A stretch of 64,000 bases of DNA from Halorussus marinus (GTDB lineage: Archaea; Halobacteriota; Halobacteria; Halobacteriales; Haladaptataceae), in assembly GCF_004765795.1 (NCBI RefSeq), contig NZ_SBIV01000002.1:434001-498000 (forward strand). Reading direction: 5' to 3'. Below the pieces are notes generated by a model. That model ran no database searches, was not told the origin of the DNA, and worked only from the letters and a program-made list of their open reading frames with translations. Positions 1 through 9,112 of the stretch are shown here, in pieces. The number at the start of each line of letters is the position of its first letter. The stretch's first letter is position 1. A program made the translations under genes and the position numbers.

Positions 1-2
1 GG

Positions 3-362
3 ACCGGCGAGGGGAAGATGTCGAGCAGTTCGGGGGTCACCATCTCGATGGAAGACAGCCCCGAGGACATAGCGGAGAAGGTCAACTCGGCGTTCTGTCC
101 GCCGACCCGCGACCCGGAGGGCGACCTCGAAAACCCCGTGCTGGAGATCTTCCGGTACCACGTCTTCCCGCGGTTCGAGACGGTCGTCGTCGAGCGCCCC
201 GACGAGTACGGCGGGGACTTAGAGTACGACGACTACGAGTCGCTCGCGGCGGACCTCGAGGGCGGCGAGCTCCACCCCGCGGACGCGAAAGGCGCGCTGG
301 CCGAGTACCTGAACGAACTCGTCGCGCCCGGCCGCGAGAAACTCCGGGAGCTCGAAGAGTAG
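3..362 (+). CDS. tyrS: Tyrosine--tRNA ligase, C-terminal part (5' end outside window)
   Basis: Frame is open from the window edge: TGEGKMSSS (class I KMSKS-like motif), then AFCPP...NPVLEIFRYHVFP...LHPADAK, typical of the archaeal TyrRS C-terminus. Confidence 0.9.
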   Translation, partial: TGEGKMSSSSGVTISMEDSPEDIAEKVNSAFCPPTRDPEGDLENPVLEIFRYHVFPRFETVVVERPDEYGGDLEYDDYESLAADLEGGELHPADAKGALAEYLNELVAPGREKLRELEE

Positions 363-511
363 CCGCCGCGTCCCGGTCCTAACAGCTCGCGTATAGAAGC
401 TCGCTTCACCAAGCACTCAAGTTTCCGTCAGTCGTTCGGTCCGATAGCCATGCACGCCGAGACGCGCGCGGGAGCTGGCGTTCGACGCCAGTTAGCTCCC
501 GTCGACGGGGG

Positions 512-1939
512 ATGAGTCGCATCGACCGCCGAGAGGTTCTGGCCGCCGCCGGATCGACGCTGGCCGCCGTGCTCGCCGGCTGTCAGGGCGGGGGCGCCGA
601 CCGGTCGACGACCGCGACGACCGCGGAGACGCCGACCGAGACCGCCGGAGACGCGGACGCGACGACCACCGCGGACGCGGCCGACCCGAAGCGCCGCGCC
701 CGGGAGTTCGTCGGCCTGATCGACGAGGGGGCCTACGAGCGCGCCCACGACCGATTCAACCAGACTGCCGCCGAGCAGATCAGCCCCGACCAGTTAGCAC
801 AGCTCTGGACCGGGCTCGAAGACCAACTCGGCGACTTTCTGTCGCTGTCGGAGCTCGAGACCGTCGACCAGGACGGCGTCGACGTGGTGACCGGGATCGC
901 GACGTTCGAGAACGGTCGCCGCGAGGTCGAAATCTCGTTCGGCCCGGAGGGGATCGCGGGGTTCTGGATCCGGCGAGTCACGGGCGAGTGGTCGGCGCCG
1001 TCGTACGCCGACGAGTCGGCGTTCACCGAGCGTGCGGTCTCGCTGGAAGCGACCGACGACTGCACGCTGGACGGGACCCTGACGGTGCCCGAAGGCGTCG
1101 AGGAGGCGCCGGGGGTCGTGCTCGTCCACGGGCAGGGCCCGAGCGACCGCGACGGCACCGTCGGGCCGAACAAGCCCTACAAGGACCTCGCGTGGGGGCT
1201 GGCCTCCCGAGGGGTGGCTGTCCTCCGATACGACAAGCGCACGCAGGCCTGCGACGTCGATTTCGCGGACGTGACTATCGACGAGGCGGTGACCGACGAC
1301 GCACTGACCGCGATCGAACGGCTCCGCGAGACCGACGCGGTCGCCGCCGACGACGTCGTCGTCGCGGGCCACAGCATCGGCGCGACGCTCGCGCCCCGGA
1401 TCGCGGCCCGGGACGGCGACCTCGCCGGCGTCGTCATGCTCGCGCCGCTGGCCCGGACCGTGACCGAGGCGATCACCGACCAGAGCGAGTACCTCGCCGA
1501 GCGCGACGGCACGGTGACCGACGCCGAGCGCGACCAACTCGACCAAGCCGAACGCATCGTCGAGCAGATTCGGTCGGGGAACATCACGGACGAGGAGGTC
1601 GTCTACCTCGGCGGCGACGAGTACTGGCGGAGCCTTCGGGAGTACGACGCCGTGGCGGCCGCCGCGGAGATAGACGCCCCCCGGCTGGTGTTGCAGGGCG
1701 AGCGCGACTATCAGGTCACCGTCGAGGAGGACCTCGCGGAGTGGCGCGAGGCGCTCGGCGAGGACCCGGGCGTCAGCTTCCGGACGTACCCCCGGCTCAA
1801 CCACCTGTTCATGCCGGGCGAGGGAAAGCCCGGACGGGGAGAGTACTTCCGGGAGAACCACGTCGCCAAAGCGGTCGTGACCGACGTCGCGTCGTTCGCG
1901 GCCGAAGTCACCGCCGAGGGGACGACGACCGTCGAGTAG
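512..1939 (+). CDS. Tat-exported lipoprotein, DUF3887-like domain plus alpha/beta hydrolase
   Basis: DRREVL twin-Arg and LAGC lipobox; Thr-rich linker; VLVHGQGPSDRDG, GHSIG nucleophile elbow, QGERDYQV and LNHLF triad motifs. Confidence 0.85.
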   Translation: MSRIDRREVLAAAGSTLAAVLAGCQGGGADRSTTATTAETPTETAGDADATTTADAADPKRRAREFVGLIDEGAYERAHDRFNQTAAEQISPDQLAQLWTGLEDQLGDFLSLSELETVDQDGVDVVTGIATFENGRREVEISFGPEGIAGFWIRRVTGEWSAPSYADESAFTERAVSLEATDDCTLDGTLTVPEGVEEAPGVVLVHGQGPSDRDGTVGPNKPYKDLAWGLASRGVAVLRYDKRTQACDVDFADVTIDEAVTDDALTAIERLRETDAVAADDVVVAGHSIGATLAPRIAARDGDLAGVVMLAPLARTVTEAITDQSEYLAERDGTVTDAERDQLDQAERIVEQIRSGNITDEEVVYLGGDEYWRSLREYDAVAAAAEIDAPRLVLQGERDYQVTVEEDLAEWREALGEDPGVSFRTYPRLNHLFMPGEGKPGRGEYFRENHVAKAVVTDVASFAAEVTAEGTTTVE

Positions 1940-1943
1940 CCGA

Positions 1944-2147
1944 CTACTCGAAGCCCCCGCCCATCATCCCGCCCATCCCGAAACTCGCCAGCAGTCCCGA
2001 AACGAGCCCCCACGCGGTCAACACGAAGCCGAGCACGACCAGCCCGATGCCGGCCGCGATGATCAGGTTCTGAAGGGCGATGACGCCGACCCCAGCGACC
2101 AACAGGAGCACCCCGACGATGCCTTTCGCGCCGAGTTTGTCCAACAT
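1944..2147 (-). CDS. Small membrane protein (67 aa, 2 TM, Gly/Met tail)
   Basis: MLDKLGAKGIVGVLLLV...FGMGGMMGGGFE; TATA-like TTTTAA about 25-30 nt upstream on the minus strand. Confidence 0.75.
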   Translation of the reverse strand: MLDKLGAKGIVGVLLLVAGVGVIALQNLIIAAGIGLVVLGFVLTAWGLVSGLLASFGMGGMMGGGFE

Positions 2148-2250
2148 ACCGTGGCCTGCGCCGGGCGGCGACTTAAAAGCCGTTGCTCCGGGACGATGGT
2201 CGTAGCCGCGCTGCGGCGGATTTAAACGTCCCCGCGACGAATGCGGGCAC

Positions 2251-2541
2251 ATGAGTGACAACGACGGCGGACGGCGGAAGAACCTCCGCATGCCCGAAGA
2301 CGACGAGGTGTTCGCCACCGTCACTAACATGCTGGGCGCGAACCGCGTGAAGGTGCGATGCGCCGACGGACAGGAACGAACCGCTCGGATCCCGGGCAAG
2401 ATGCAAAAGCGCATCTGGATCCGGGAAGACGACGTGGTACTGGTCGAGCCGTGGGACTGGCAAGACGAGAAAGCCGACATCACCTGGCGCTACGAGAAGC
2501 AGGAAGCCGACCAGCTTCGGGAAGAAGGCCACATCCAGTAG
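2251..2541 (+). CDS. eif1a: Translation initiation factor aIF-1A
   Basis: [14 protein letters not shown]...[23 protein letters not shown] signature; TTTAAA at 2221-2226. Confidence 0.97.
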   Translation: MSDNDGGRRKNLRMPEDDEVFATVTNMLGANRVKVRCADGQERTARIPGKMQKRIWIREDDVVLVEPWDWQDEKADITWRYEKQEADQLREEGHIQ

Positions 2542-2574
2542 AACCGTTTGCTGGGGGCGCGCCACAAGCGGCGC

Positions 2575-2705
2575 GCCCTTGCAAAACGTTCATGAAAACC
2601 ACGGGGTCACCCCCCTCGCGCCCTCGCTTCGCTCGGGCGCTCGCCCGAGGGTTCCTCGGTTCGCTCGCCCGGGCCTGCCCTCGCTCGCGGGGCGAGCGCT
2701 AGGTG
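2575..2705. repeat. Intergenic palindromic (REP/MITE-like) element
   Basis: Hairpin GCGCCC-tcgcttcgctc-GGGCGC at 2618-2640 plus further GC palindromes; the same 11-nt loop, reverse-complemented, occurs at 43383-43393. Confidence 0.55.
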
Positions 2706-2824
2706 CTCGCTGTGGACTGTCGGGACGAGCGATTCGGCGGACGGCTCGGCGGCGCGAATCTGGGTATTCGCCGTTCGGTACCGAAGCCCACCCTTTTATC
2801 GCTGGGCGCGCTAGGTCGGGGTAG

Positions 2825-3688
2825 ATGACCGAGGAGTACGGGCTACTCGAACCCGAGAACGCCGACGGCGTCGGCGACGAGTGGGAGGAGATCGACGTAT
2901 CCGACACCGAGGCCGACAAGGTCCAGCGCCAGCGCGACCGGGAGTTCAATCAGTTCCGCGAGCGGCTCAAGAACACCGAGCAGTTCAAAGTCGAGCAGTC
3001 GGTGTTCGACGACGCGACGCTCGGGGCCCTCTACAAGCTCGTTCAGGACGGCTACGTCGACGCGTTCGGCGGGCCCATCTCCTCGGGGAAAGAAGCGACC
3101 GTCTACCTCGCTCTCGGCGGGGAGGCGTACGGCGAGGTCGCGGTCAAGATCTACCGGATCAACGCCTCGGACTTTCGGGACATGCGCGAGTACCTCGTCG
3201 GCGACCCCCGGTTCGAGGAGTTGGGCGGGAACAAAAAGCGGGTCGTACTGGCGTGGACCCGCAAGGAGTTCGCTAACCTCAAGCGCGCCGCAAAGGCGGG
3301 CGTCCGGGTCCCGACCCCGATCGCGGTCGAGCGAAACGTCCTCGTGATGGAGTTTCTGGGCGACGACGGCGACCACGCCCCCACGCTCGACGACGCCCAC
3401 CTCGAAAACCCCGAGACCGCCTTCGAAGTGGTCCGAGAGTACATGCGCCGGCTCTACGACGTCGGGCTGGTCCACGGCGACCTCAGCGAGTACAACATCG
3501 TCGTCCACGACGGCGAACTCTGTTTCATCGACCTCGGACAGGCAGTGACGGTCCACCACCCGAACAGCGACGACTTTCTGACCCGCGACTGTGCGAACGT
3601 CGCGTCGTTCTTCCAGCGACAGGGGATGGACGTACACGGCGACGATCTGGAGGCGTGGATCCGCGAGAACGCCGACCCCGACCGGTAG
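2825..3688 (+). CDS. rio1: RIO-type Ser/Thr kinase Rio1
   Basis: ISSGKEATVY, VAVKIYR, LVHGDLSEYNI and IDLGQAV motifs; next to aIF-1A. Confidence 0.96.
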   Translation: MTEEYGLLEPENADGVGDEWEEIDVSDTEADKVQRQRDREFNQFRERLKNTEQFKVEQSVFDDATLGALYKLVQDGYVDAFGGPISSGKEATVYLALGGEAYGEVAVKIYRINASDFRDMREYLVGDPRFEELGGNKKRVVLAWTRKEFANLKRAAKAGVRVPTPIAVERNVLVMEFLGDDGDHAPTLDDAHLENPETAFEVVREYMRRLYDVGLVHGDLSEYNIVVHDGELCFIDLGQAVTVHHPNSDDFLTRDCANVASFFQRQGMDVHGDDLEAWIRENADPDR

Positions 3689-3689
3689 A

Positions 3690-3703
3690 CGAAAGGTTCA
3701 AAT
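3690..3703 (+). promoter_or_regulatory. BRE/TATA promoter for the leaderless trpS leader transcript
   Basis: CGAAA-GG-TTCAAAT lies 25-31 nt upstream of ATG 3728, the same spacing as the eif1a and dim2 promoters in this window. Confidence 0.65.
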
Positions 3704-3727
3704 TGCCGACGCGAGTAGTCGTTTCCG

Positions 3728-3787
3728 ATGAGTCTCGCTCTCCGCGCTTGGCGCTGGCGCTCGCCCGGAGAGCGGACAGTGTCGTGA
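3728..3787 (+). CDS. Putative Trp leader peptide uORF MSLALRAWRWRSPGERTVS (19 aa)
   Basis: ATG at the predicted transcription start, TGG codons at 3749 and 3755, TGA at 3785-3787; upstream of trpS; not in the ORF track. Confidence 0.7.
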   Translation: MSLALRAWRWRSPGERTVS

Positions 3788-3887
3788 CCGACGGCGCACC
3801 GGCCTCACCGGGCGCCGACGGCGGCGGCGCTCACTCGCTTTCTCGCGCACCGATCGCCGACCGACAGCGACCAGTCACGACACCATG
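3736..3887 (+). promoter_or_regulatory. Putative attenuator-like leader RNA of trpS
   Basis: Helices 3736-3744/3766-3774 (9 bp perfect), 3779-3788/3874-3883 (10 bp perfect), hairpin 3792-3817, and alternative helix 3767-3774/3836-3843. Confidence 0.6.
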
Positions 3888-5054
3888 CCAGCACACGACA
3901 CCGACGAGAGTACAGTCACGCCCGAGACGGTCGAAGGCGACGTCGACTACCGAGAACTCTGCGAGCGCTTCGGTGCCGAGCAGGTGACCGACGAACAGCG
4001 ATCGCGCTTTCCCGATCCGCACCCGATGGTCCGCCGAGGAGTGTTCTTCGCGGGGCGGGACGTAGACCGGTTTCTCGACGCGGTCGAGCGGGGCGACCGC
4101 GTCTCGGTCGTGACCGGCGTCGGCCCCTCCGGACCGATGCATCTGGGTCACGCCATGCAGTTCTACCACGCAAAGCACCTCCAAGAGCAGATCGGCGCGT
4201 CGGTCTACGTGCCGCTCTCGGACGACGAGAAATACTTCACGAAGGACCTCTCGCTCGGGGAGATCGGCGAGTACGCCCGCCAGAACCTCCGGGACCTCCT
4301 CGCGGTCGGCTTCGACCCCGAGCGGACCCGGATCGTGATCGACACCGCAGACGCCGACGTGATCTACCCGCTTGCGGTGCGGTTCGCCGAGCGGCTCACC
4401 CAGTCGACGGTCGAGGCGACCTACGGCAGTCCGGACAACGTCGGCCAGTCGTTCTACCCGGCGGTCCAGATCGCCCACCTCCTCGTGCCCCAGTTACTCC
4501 GCGGGCGACACGACACCCTCGTCCCCATCGCGGCCGATCAGGACCCCCACGTCCGACTCGCCCGCGATCTCGCCGCGAAGGAGGCCGTCGACGCCGACAA
4601 GCCCGCGGCCCTGCTGAGCAAGTTCCTGCCGACCCTCGACGGGCCGGGCAAGATGAGCAGTTCCGACGACGCGCCCGCGATCCACCTGACCGACGACCGC
4701 GAGACCGTCGAGCGGAAGGTGCGAGACCACGCCCACTCGGGCGGCCGATCGAGCCTCGCGGCCCACCGCGAACACGGCGGCGACCCCGACGCGGACGTGG
4801 CCTACCAGTATCTCGCGTTCTTCTTCGAGGACGACGACGAACGGCTGGAACGGCTCGCCGAGGCGTACCGGGCCGGCGAGTTGCTGAGCGGGGAGCTCAA
4901 GGCCCACGCGTCCGAGCGCATCGCTGACTTCCTCGAAGCCCACCGCGCGCGGCGGGCGGCGCTCGGCGACCTCGAAGCCGAACTGGAGCCGTATCGGCTC
5001 ACCGCCGACGAGCGCGCGCGAGCGCGACCGGCCGGGACGGACCTGTTCGGGTGA
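3885..5054 (+). CDS. trpS: Tryptophan--tRNA ligase (archaeal/eukaryotic type)
   Basis: TGVGPSGPMHLGH (HIGH), SDDEKY, IAADQDPH, GKMSSS, HSGG...DVAYQYL. Confidence 0.95.
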   Translation: MPAHDTDESTVTPETVEGDVDYRELCERFGAEQVTDEQRSRFPDPHPMVRRGVFFAGRDVDRFLDAVERGDRVSVVTGVGPSGPMHLGHAMQFYHAKHLQEQIGASVYVPLSDDEKYFTKDLSLGEIGEYARQNLRDLLAVGFDPERTRIVIDTADADVIYPLAVRFAERLTQSTVEATYGSPDNVGQSFYPAVQIAHLLVPQLLRGRHDTLVPIAADQDPHVRLARDLAAKEAVDADKPAALLSKFLPTLDGPGKMSSSDDAPAIHLTDDRETVERKVRDHAHSGGRSSLAAHREHGGDPDADVAYQYLAFFFEDDDERLERLAEAYRAGELLSGELKAHASERIADFLEAHRARRAALGDLEAELEPYRLTADERARARPAGTDLFG

Positions 5055-5156
5055 GTCGGCCGACGGGGCGGACCGGGCGGGTCGCGCGGCCGGGAGCCGC
5101 CCCGGCCCAGCGGCGCGGACAAAGGCTTAAAACGCTCCGAGCGACTAAAGCTACGC

Positions 5157-5705
5157 ATGCAACATGTGAAGATTCCGCAGGACCGAATCGGCGTTCTCAT
5201 CGGGGAGGGAGGCGAGACGATGCGCGAGATCGAGAGCCGCGCGGAGGTACGACTCGACATCGACTCCGAGAACGGGAAAGTCGAGGTCGAGAAGACCGGC
5301 GACCCCATCCGAGGGCTCAAAGGCCCCGAGATCGTGAAGGCCATCGGCCGCGGGTTCGCGCCCGAGGAGGCGCTGTCGCTGCTCGACGACGACATGATGA
5401 TGTTCGACCTCATCGACGTCGACGCCGCCGCCCGGAACAAGAACGACCTCGAACGCCAGAAGGGACGTCTCATCGGCGAGAACGGCCGGACGCGCGAGCT
5501 CATGGAGGAGCTGACCGGCGCGAGCGTCGTGATCTACGGCACCACGATGGGAATCATCGGCAACCCCACGCAGGTCGACGTGGTCCGGAGCGCCGCCGAG
5601 ATGATCCTGGACGGCGCGCCCCACGGCTCGGTGTACTCGTTCCTCGAACGCAAGCGCAACGAGATGAAACGCCAGGGGATGGAGTTCCACCAGTTCACCG
5701 GGTAG
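5157..5705 (+). CDS. KH-domain small-subunit biogenesis protein Dim2/Pno1
   Basis: RIGVLIGEGG, AIGRGFAPEEA, GRLIGENGRTR and GAPHGSVY motifs; rio1 neighbourhood. Confidence 0.93.
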   Translation: MQHVKIPQDRIGVLIGEGGETMREIESRAEVRLDIDSENGKVEVEKTGDPIRGLKGPEIVKAIGRGFAPEEALSLLDDDMMMFDLIDVDAAARNKNDLERQKGRLIGENGRTRELMEELTGASVVIYGTTMGIIGNPTQVDVVRSAAEMILDGAPHGSVYSFLERKRNEMKRQGMEFHQFTG

Positions 5706-5921
5706 TCGATCGGCGGGCCGCTCGTCCCGTCTGAGCCGCGTCGGATATTTTCGCCGTGCCGAGAAACCCGGAGCGTTCGCCGCCGAGCGGGCGGTCTCGG
5801 ATTAGTATATAAACATACCGTGATAACTGTTCCCACAATGCGTTTCCGTATCTGTGCGGTCGATTCTCACGACCCTTAGGAAAAGATTTATGTAGAATGG
5901 CAATCAATCGTTGAACCGAAC

Positions 5922-7622
5922 ATGGCACAGCGAATGGGCAACCAGCCGATGATCGTACTTTCCGAGGACAGCCAGCGTACCCAAGGAAAGGACGCACAGT
6001 CGATGAACATCACCGCCGGGACCGCGGTCGCGGAAGCCGTCCGGACCACACTCGGTCCCAAAGGGATGGACAAGATGCTCGTCGACTCGACGGGCGACGT
6101 GGTCGTCACGAACGACGGCGTCACCATCCTGAAGGAGATGGACATCGAGCACCCCGCGGCCAACATGGTCGTCGAGGTCTCCGAGACCCAGGAGAACGAG
6201 GTCGGCGACGGCACGACCTCCGCGGTCGTCGTCGCGGGCGAACTCCTCGAGAAGGCCGAGGAGCTCCTCGATCAGGACATCCACGCGACCACGCTCGCAC
6301 AGGGGTACCGTCAGGCCGCCGAGGAAGCCAAAGACATCCTCGAGGAGAAGGCCATCGACGTCGACGCCGACGACACCGAGACCCTCGAGAAGATCGCCTC
6401 GACGGCGATGACCGGCAAGGGCGCCGAGAACTCCAAAGACTACCTCGCCGAGCTCGTCGTCCGCGCGGTCCAGAGCGTGGCCGACGACGACGGCATCGAC
6501 ACCGACAACGTCAAAGTCGAGACGGTCGTCGGCGGCTCGATCGACCAGTCCGAACTGGTCGAGGGCGTCATCGTGGACAAAGAGCGCGTCCACGAGAACA
6601 TGCCCTACTTCGTCGAGGACGCGAACATCGCGCTGGTCGACAGCGCCCTCGAGATCAAAGAAACCGAGATCGACACCGAGGTCAACGTCACCGACCCCGA
6701 CCAGCTCCAGCAGTTCCTCGACCAGGAAGAAGAACAGCTCCGCGAGATGGTCGACCAGCTCGCCGACGTCGGCGCCGACGTCGTCTTCGTCGACGGCGGC
6801 ATCGACGACATGGCCCAGCACTTCCTCGCCGAGGAGGGCATCATCGCCGTCCGACGTGCGAAGTCTGACGACCTCGACAAGCTCGCTCGCTCGACCGGCG
6901 CGAACCTCGTGAGCAACGTCGACGACATCGAGGACGACGACCTCGGCTTCGCCGGGAGCGTCGCCCAGAAGGACGTCGGCGGCGACCAGCGCATCTTCGT
7001 CGAGGACGTCGAGGAGGCCAAGTCGGTCAGCCTCATCCTTCGGGGCGGCACCGAGCACGTCGTCGACGAGGTCGAGCGCGCCATCGAGGACAGTCTCGGC
7101 GTCGTGCGCGTGACCCTGGAGGACGGCAAGGTCGTCCCCGGCGGCGGCGCGCCCGAGACCGAGCTCGCCCTCCAGCTTCGCGACTACGCCGACTCGGTCG
7201 GCGGGCGCGAGCAGCTCGCGGTCGAGGCGTTCGCCGACACCCTCGAAGTCATCCCGCGCACCCTCGCAGAGAACGCCGGTCTCGACCCGATCGACTCGCT
7301 CGTGGACCTCCGTAGCCAGCACGACGGCGGCGAGTTCACGGCGGGGCTGGACGCCTACACCGGCGACATCGTCGACATGGAGTCCGACGGCGTCGTCGAG
7401 CCCCTCCGCGTGAAGACCCAGGCCATCGAGTCCGCCACCGAGGCGGCCGTGATGCTGCTGCGCATCGACGACGTCATCGCGGCGGGCGACCTCTCGGGCG
7501 GTCAGGTCGACCCCGACGACGGCGGCGACGACGCGGGCGGCCCCGGCGCCGGCGGCCCCGGCGGTATGGGCGGCGGCATGGGCGGCATGGGCGGTATGGG
7601 CGGCATGGGCGGCGCAATGTGA
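5922..7622 (+). CDS. thsA: Thermosome (group II chaperonin) subunit, probably alpha
   Basis: [32 protein letters not shown] and a C-terminal GGM repeat tail. Confidence 0.97.
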   Translation: MAQRMGNQPMIVLSEDSQRTQGKDAQSMNITAGTAVAEAVRTTLGPKGMDKMLVDSTGDVVVTNDGVTILKEMDIEHPAANMVVEVSETQENEVGDGTTSAVVVAGELLEKAEELLDQDIHATTLAQGYRQAAEEAKDILEEKAIDVDADDTETLEKIASTAMTGKGAENSKDYLAELVVRAVQSVADDDGIDTDNVKVETVVGGSIDQSELVEGVIVDKERVHENMPYFVEDANIALVDSALEIKETEIDTEVNVTDPDQLQQFLDQEEEQLREMVDQLADVGADVVFVDGGIDDMAQHFLAEEGIIAVRRAKSDDLDKLARSTGANLVSNVDDIEDDDLGFAGSVAQKDVGGDQRIFVEDVEEAKSVSLILRGGTEHVVDEVERAIEDSLGVVRVTLEDGKVVPGGGAPETELALQLRDYADSVGGREQLAVEAFADTLEVIPRTLAENAGLDPIDSLVDLRSQHDGGEFTAGLDAYTGDIVDMESDGVVEPLRVKTQAIESATEAAVMLLRIDDVIAAGDLSGGQVDPDDGGDDAGGPGAGGPGGMGGGMGGMGGMGGMGGAM

Positions 7623-7709
7623 AACAGGCCCACAGCCAACTCACATAACCCCCACCGCACCCGCCGACCGCACCGCCTCGCCCGACGTTCGGGCCGAACC
7701 GTTCGCTGT

Positions 7710-7742
7710 CGACTGACTGCACTCGGAATCAGTCGTTTTTTC
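7710..7742 (+). terminator. Hairpin plus T7 tract after thsA
   Basis: CGACTGA (7710-7716) pairs with TCAGTCG (7729-7735), followed by TTTTTTT. Confidence 0.55.
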
Positions 7743-7797
7743 GACGCTCACGTCCCCAGCCGCGGCTCGAGCCGTCGGGAGAGACGCGGCCGGCGGT

Positions 7798-8454
7798 TCA
7801 GGAGAAGTCGCTCAACAGGGTGTTCGAGACCAGCTTCGAGACCCCGCGTCGGACGCGCTCGGAGGCCGACTGACCGCTGACGCCGAGCCGGTCGCCCAGT
7901 TCGTCGAGCGACACCTCTCGGGGCACGCCGAAGTAGCCCGCACGCTCGGCGGTCACCAGCGCCTCGCGCTGTTCGGCGCTGAGGCCGAACTCGTCTTCGA
8001 GCTCCGACTCACCGGGCGTGTAGAGCCGATCGAGGCTGAAAGAGACGTCGCGGTCGGCGCAAAACTCCCGCATTCGGACGACCGACTCCCGATCGGGGAA
8101 CCGAACCCGGCGTTGCCACCGCTCGTGGGTGCCGGTGGCGGCCAACGGCGCGGCGCCGAGCCGCTGGTACTCCGGGTAGATCGAGACGAGGTTCTCGACG
8201 GCGAGTCGGGTCCGATAGAGCCGCTTGCTCCCGAGTTCCTCGATGACGGTGCTGGTCCGGATGGTGTCGTCGCGGTCGAGGCCCGCCTCGAGGGCGTCGA
8301 AGTTGCCCCCCGACGCCCAGAAGACGAACACCGGGGTGCTCGACCGACTCGCCATCTGGTGTTCGAGTTCGACGGTCATCTCTCGGGCGGCCCCGAGCGC
8401 GGTCGACAGCAGGAGGTCCGGGGATCGGAGCGAGAACTCCGCGATGAGACTCAT
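7798..8454 (-). CDS. Bat-like (HTH_10) transcriptional regulator
   Basis: MSLIAEF start; C-terminal LSAEQREAL...AGYFGVPREVSLDELGDRLGVSGQSASERVRRG; start could be 8460. Confidence 0.88.
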   Translation of the reverse strand: MSLIAEFSLRSPDLLLSTALGAAREMTVELEHQMASRSSTPVFVFWASGGNFDALEAGLDRDDTIRTSTVIEELGSKRLYRTRLAVENLVSIYPEYQRLGAAPLAATGTHERWQRRVRFPDRESVVRMREFCADRDVSFSLDRLYTPGESELEDEFGLSAEQREALVTAERAGYFGVPREVSLDELGDRLGVSGQSASERVRRGVSKLVSNTLLSDFS

Positions 8455-8528
8455 TTGCATCACACTTCTCTCGCTTTGTTGAAAATTTACCGGTCAGTGG
8501 ACAACTTCGTGACGATTTCGAGATATCG

Positions 8529-8987
8529 TCAGTCTTTGATGTCGAGCTCGAACTGCTCGTGCTCGCTGGCGGCGTTCAACACGACGCTGGTGTTGCTCTC
8601 TTTGATGTCGGGGTCGTTGAGGAGCGTCTTGATCTGGGCGTTCATGCCGTCGGTGTCGGTGAACTTCCCGACCGCGATGATGTCGTAGTCGCCGGTGACC
8701 TCGTAGACGCTGATCATCTGGTCGTGTTCCCGGAGCCGGCCGGTCACGTCCGGGAGCGCGTCGCCCTCGACCTTGAGCTGGACGATCGCGGTCACGTCGT
8801 AGCCGAGCGCGTCGTAGTCGACTCTCGGGGTGTAGCCGTCGATGACGCCCTCGGATTCGAGATCCTGGAGGTGGTTCGACACCGTCGTCACCGACACGTC
8901 CAGATCCTCCGCGAGGCTCCGGAGGCTGGCTCGACCGTCGCCCAACAGCGCGTTCACTAACTTCGCATCGAGGTTTTCGTACGTCAT
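8529..8987 (-). CDS. lrp: Lrp/AsnC family regulator Lrp
   Basis: MTYENLD...[16 protein letters not shown] and [12 protein letters not shown] domain; divergent from glnA. Confidence 0.95.
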   Translation of the reverse strand: MTYENLDAKLVNALLGDGRASLRSLAEDLDVSVTTVSNHLQDLESEGVIDGYTPRVDYDALGYDVTAIVQLKVEGDALPDVTGRLREHDQMISVYEVTGDYDIIAVGKFTDTDGMNAQIKTLLNDPDIKESNTSVVLNAASEHEQFELDIKD

Positions 8988-9031
8988 TACGTTCACAGAC
9001 GAACGCCACCCTTTAGAATTTTACGAACATC

Positions 9032-9058
9032 CAATTCTGGCCGCGAGTAACAGAATTG
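9032..9058. promoter_or_regulatory. Inverted repeat CAATTCTG-N11-CAGAATTG, candidate operator in the lrp/glnA intergenic region
   Basis: Perfect 8-bp arms inside an AT-rich divergent promoter. Confidence 0.5.
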
Positions 9059-9112
9059 CGCGGACCAGTAACGTTTTAATAGTAGAGATAGTGGTGTATA
9101 CCGACGACAAAG

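Noticed and set aside
7540..7620. Tandem GGCGGCATG repeats
   Set aside because: They encode the ordinary GGM tail of chaperonins.
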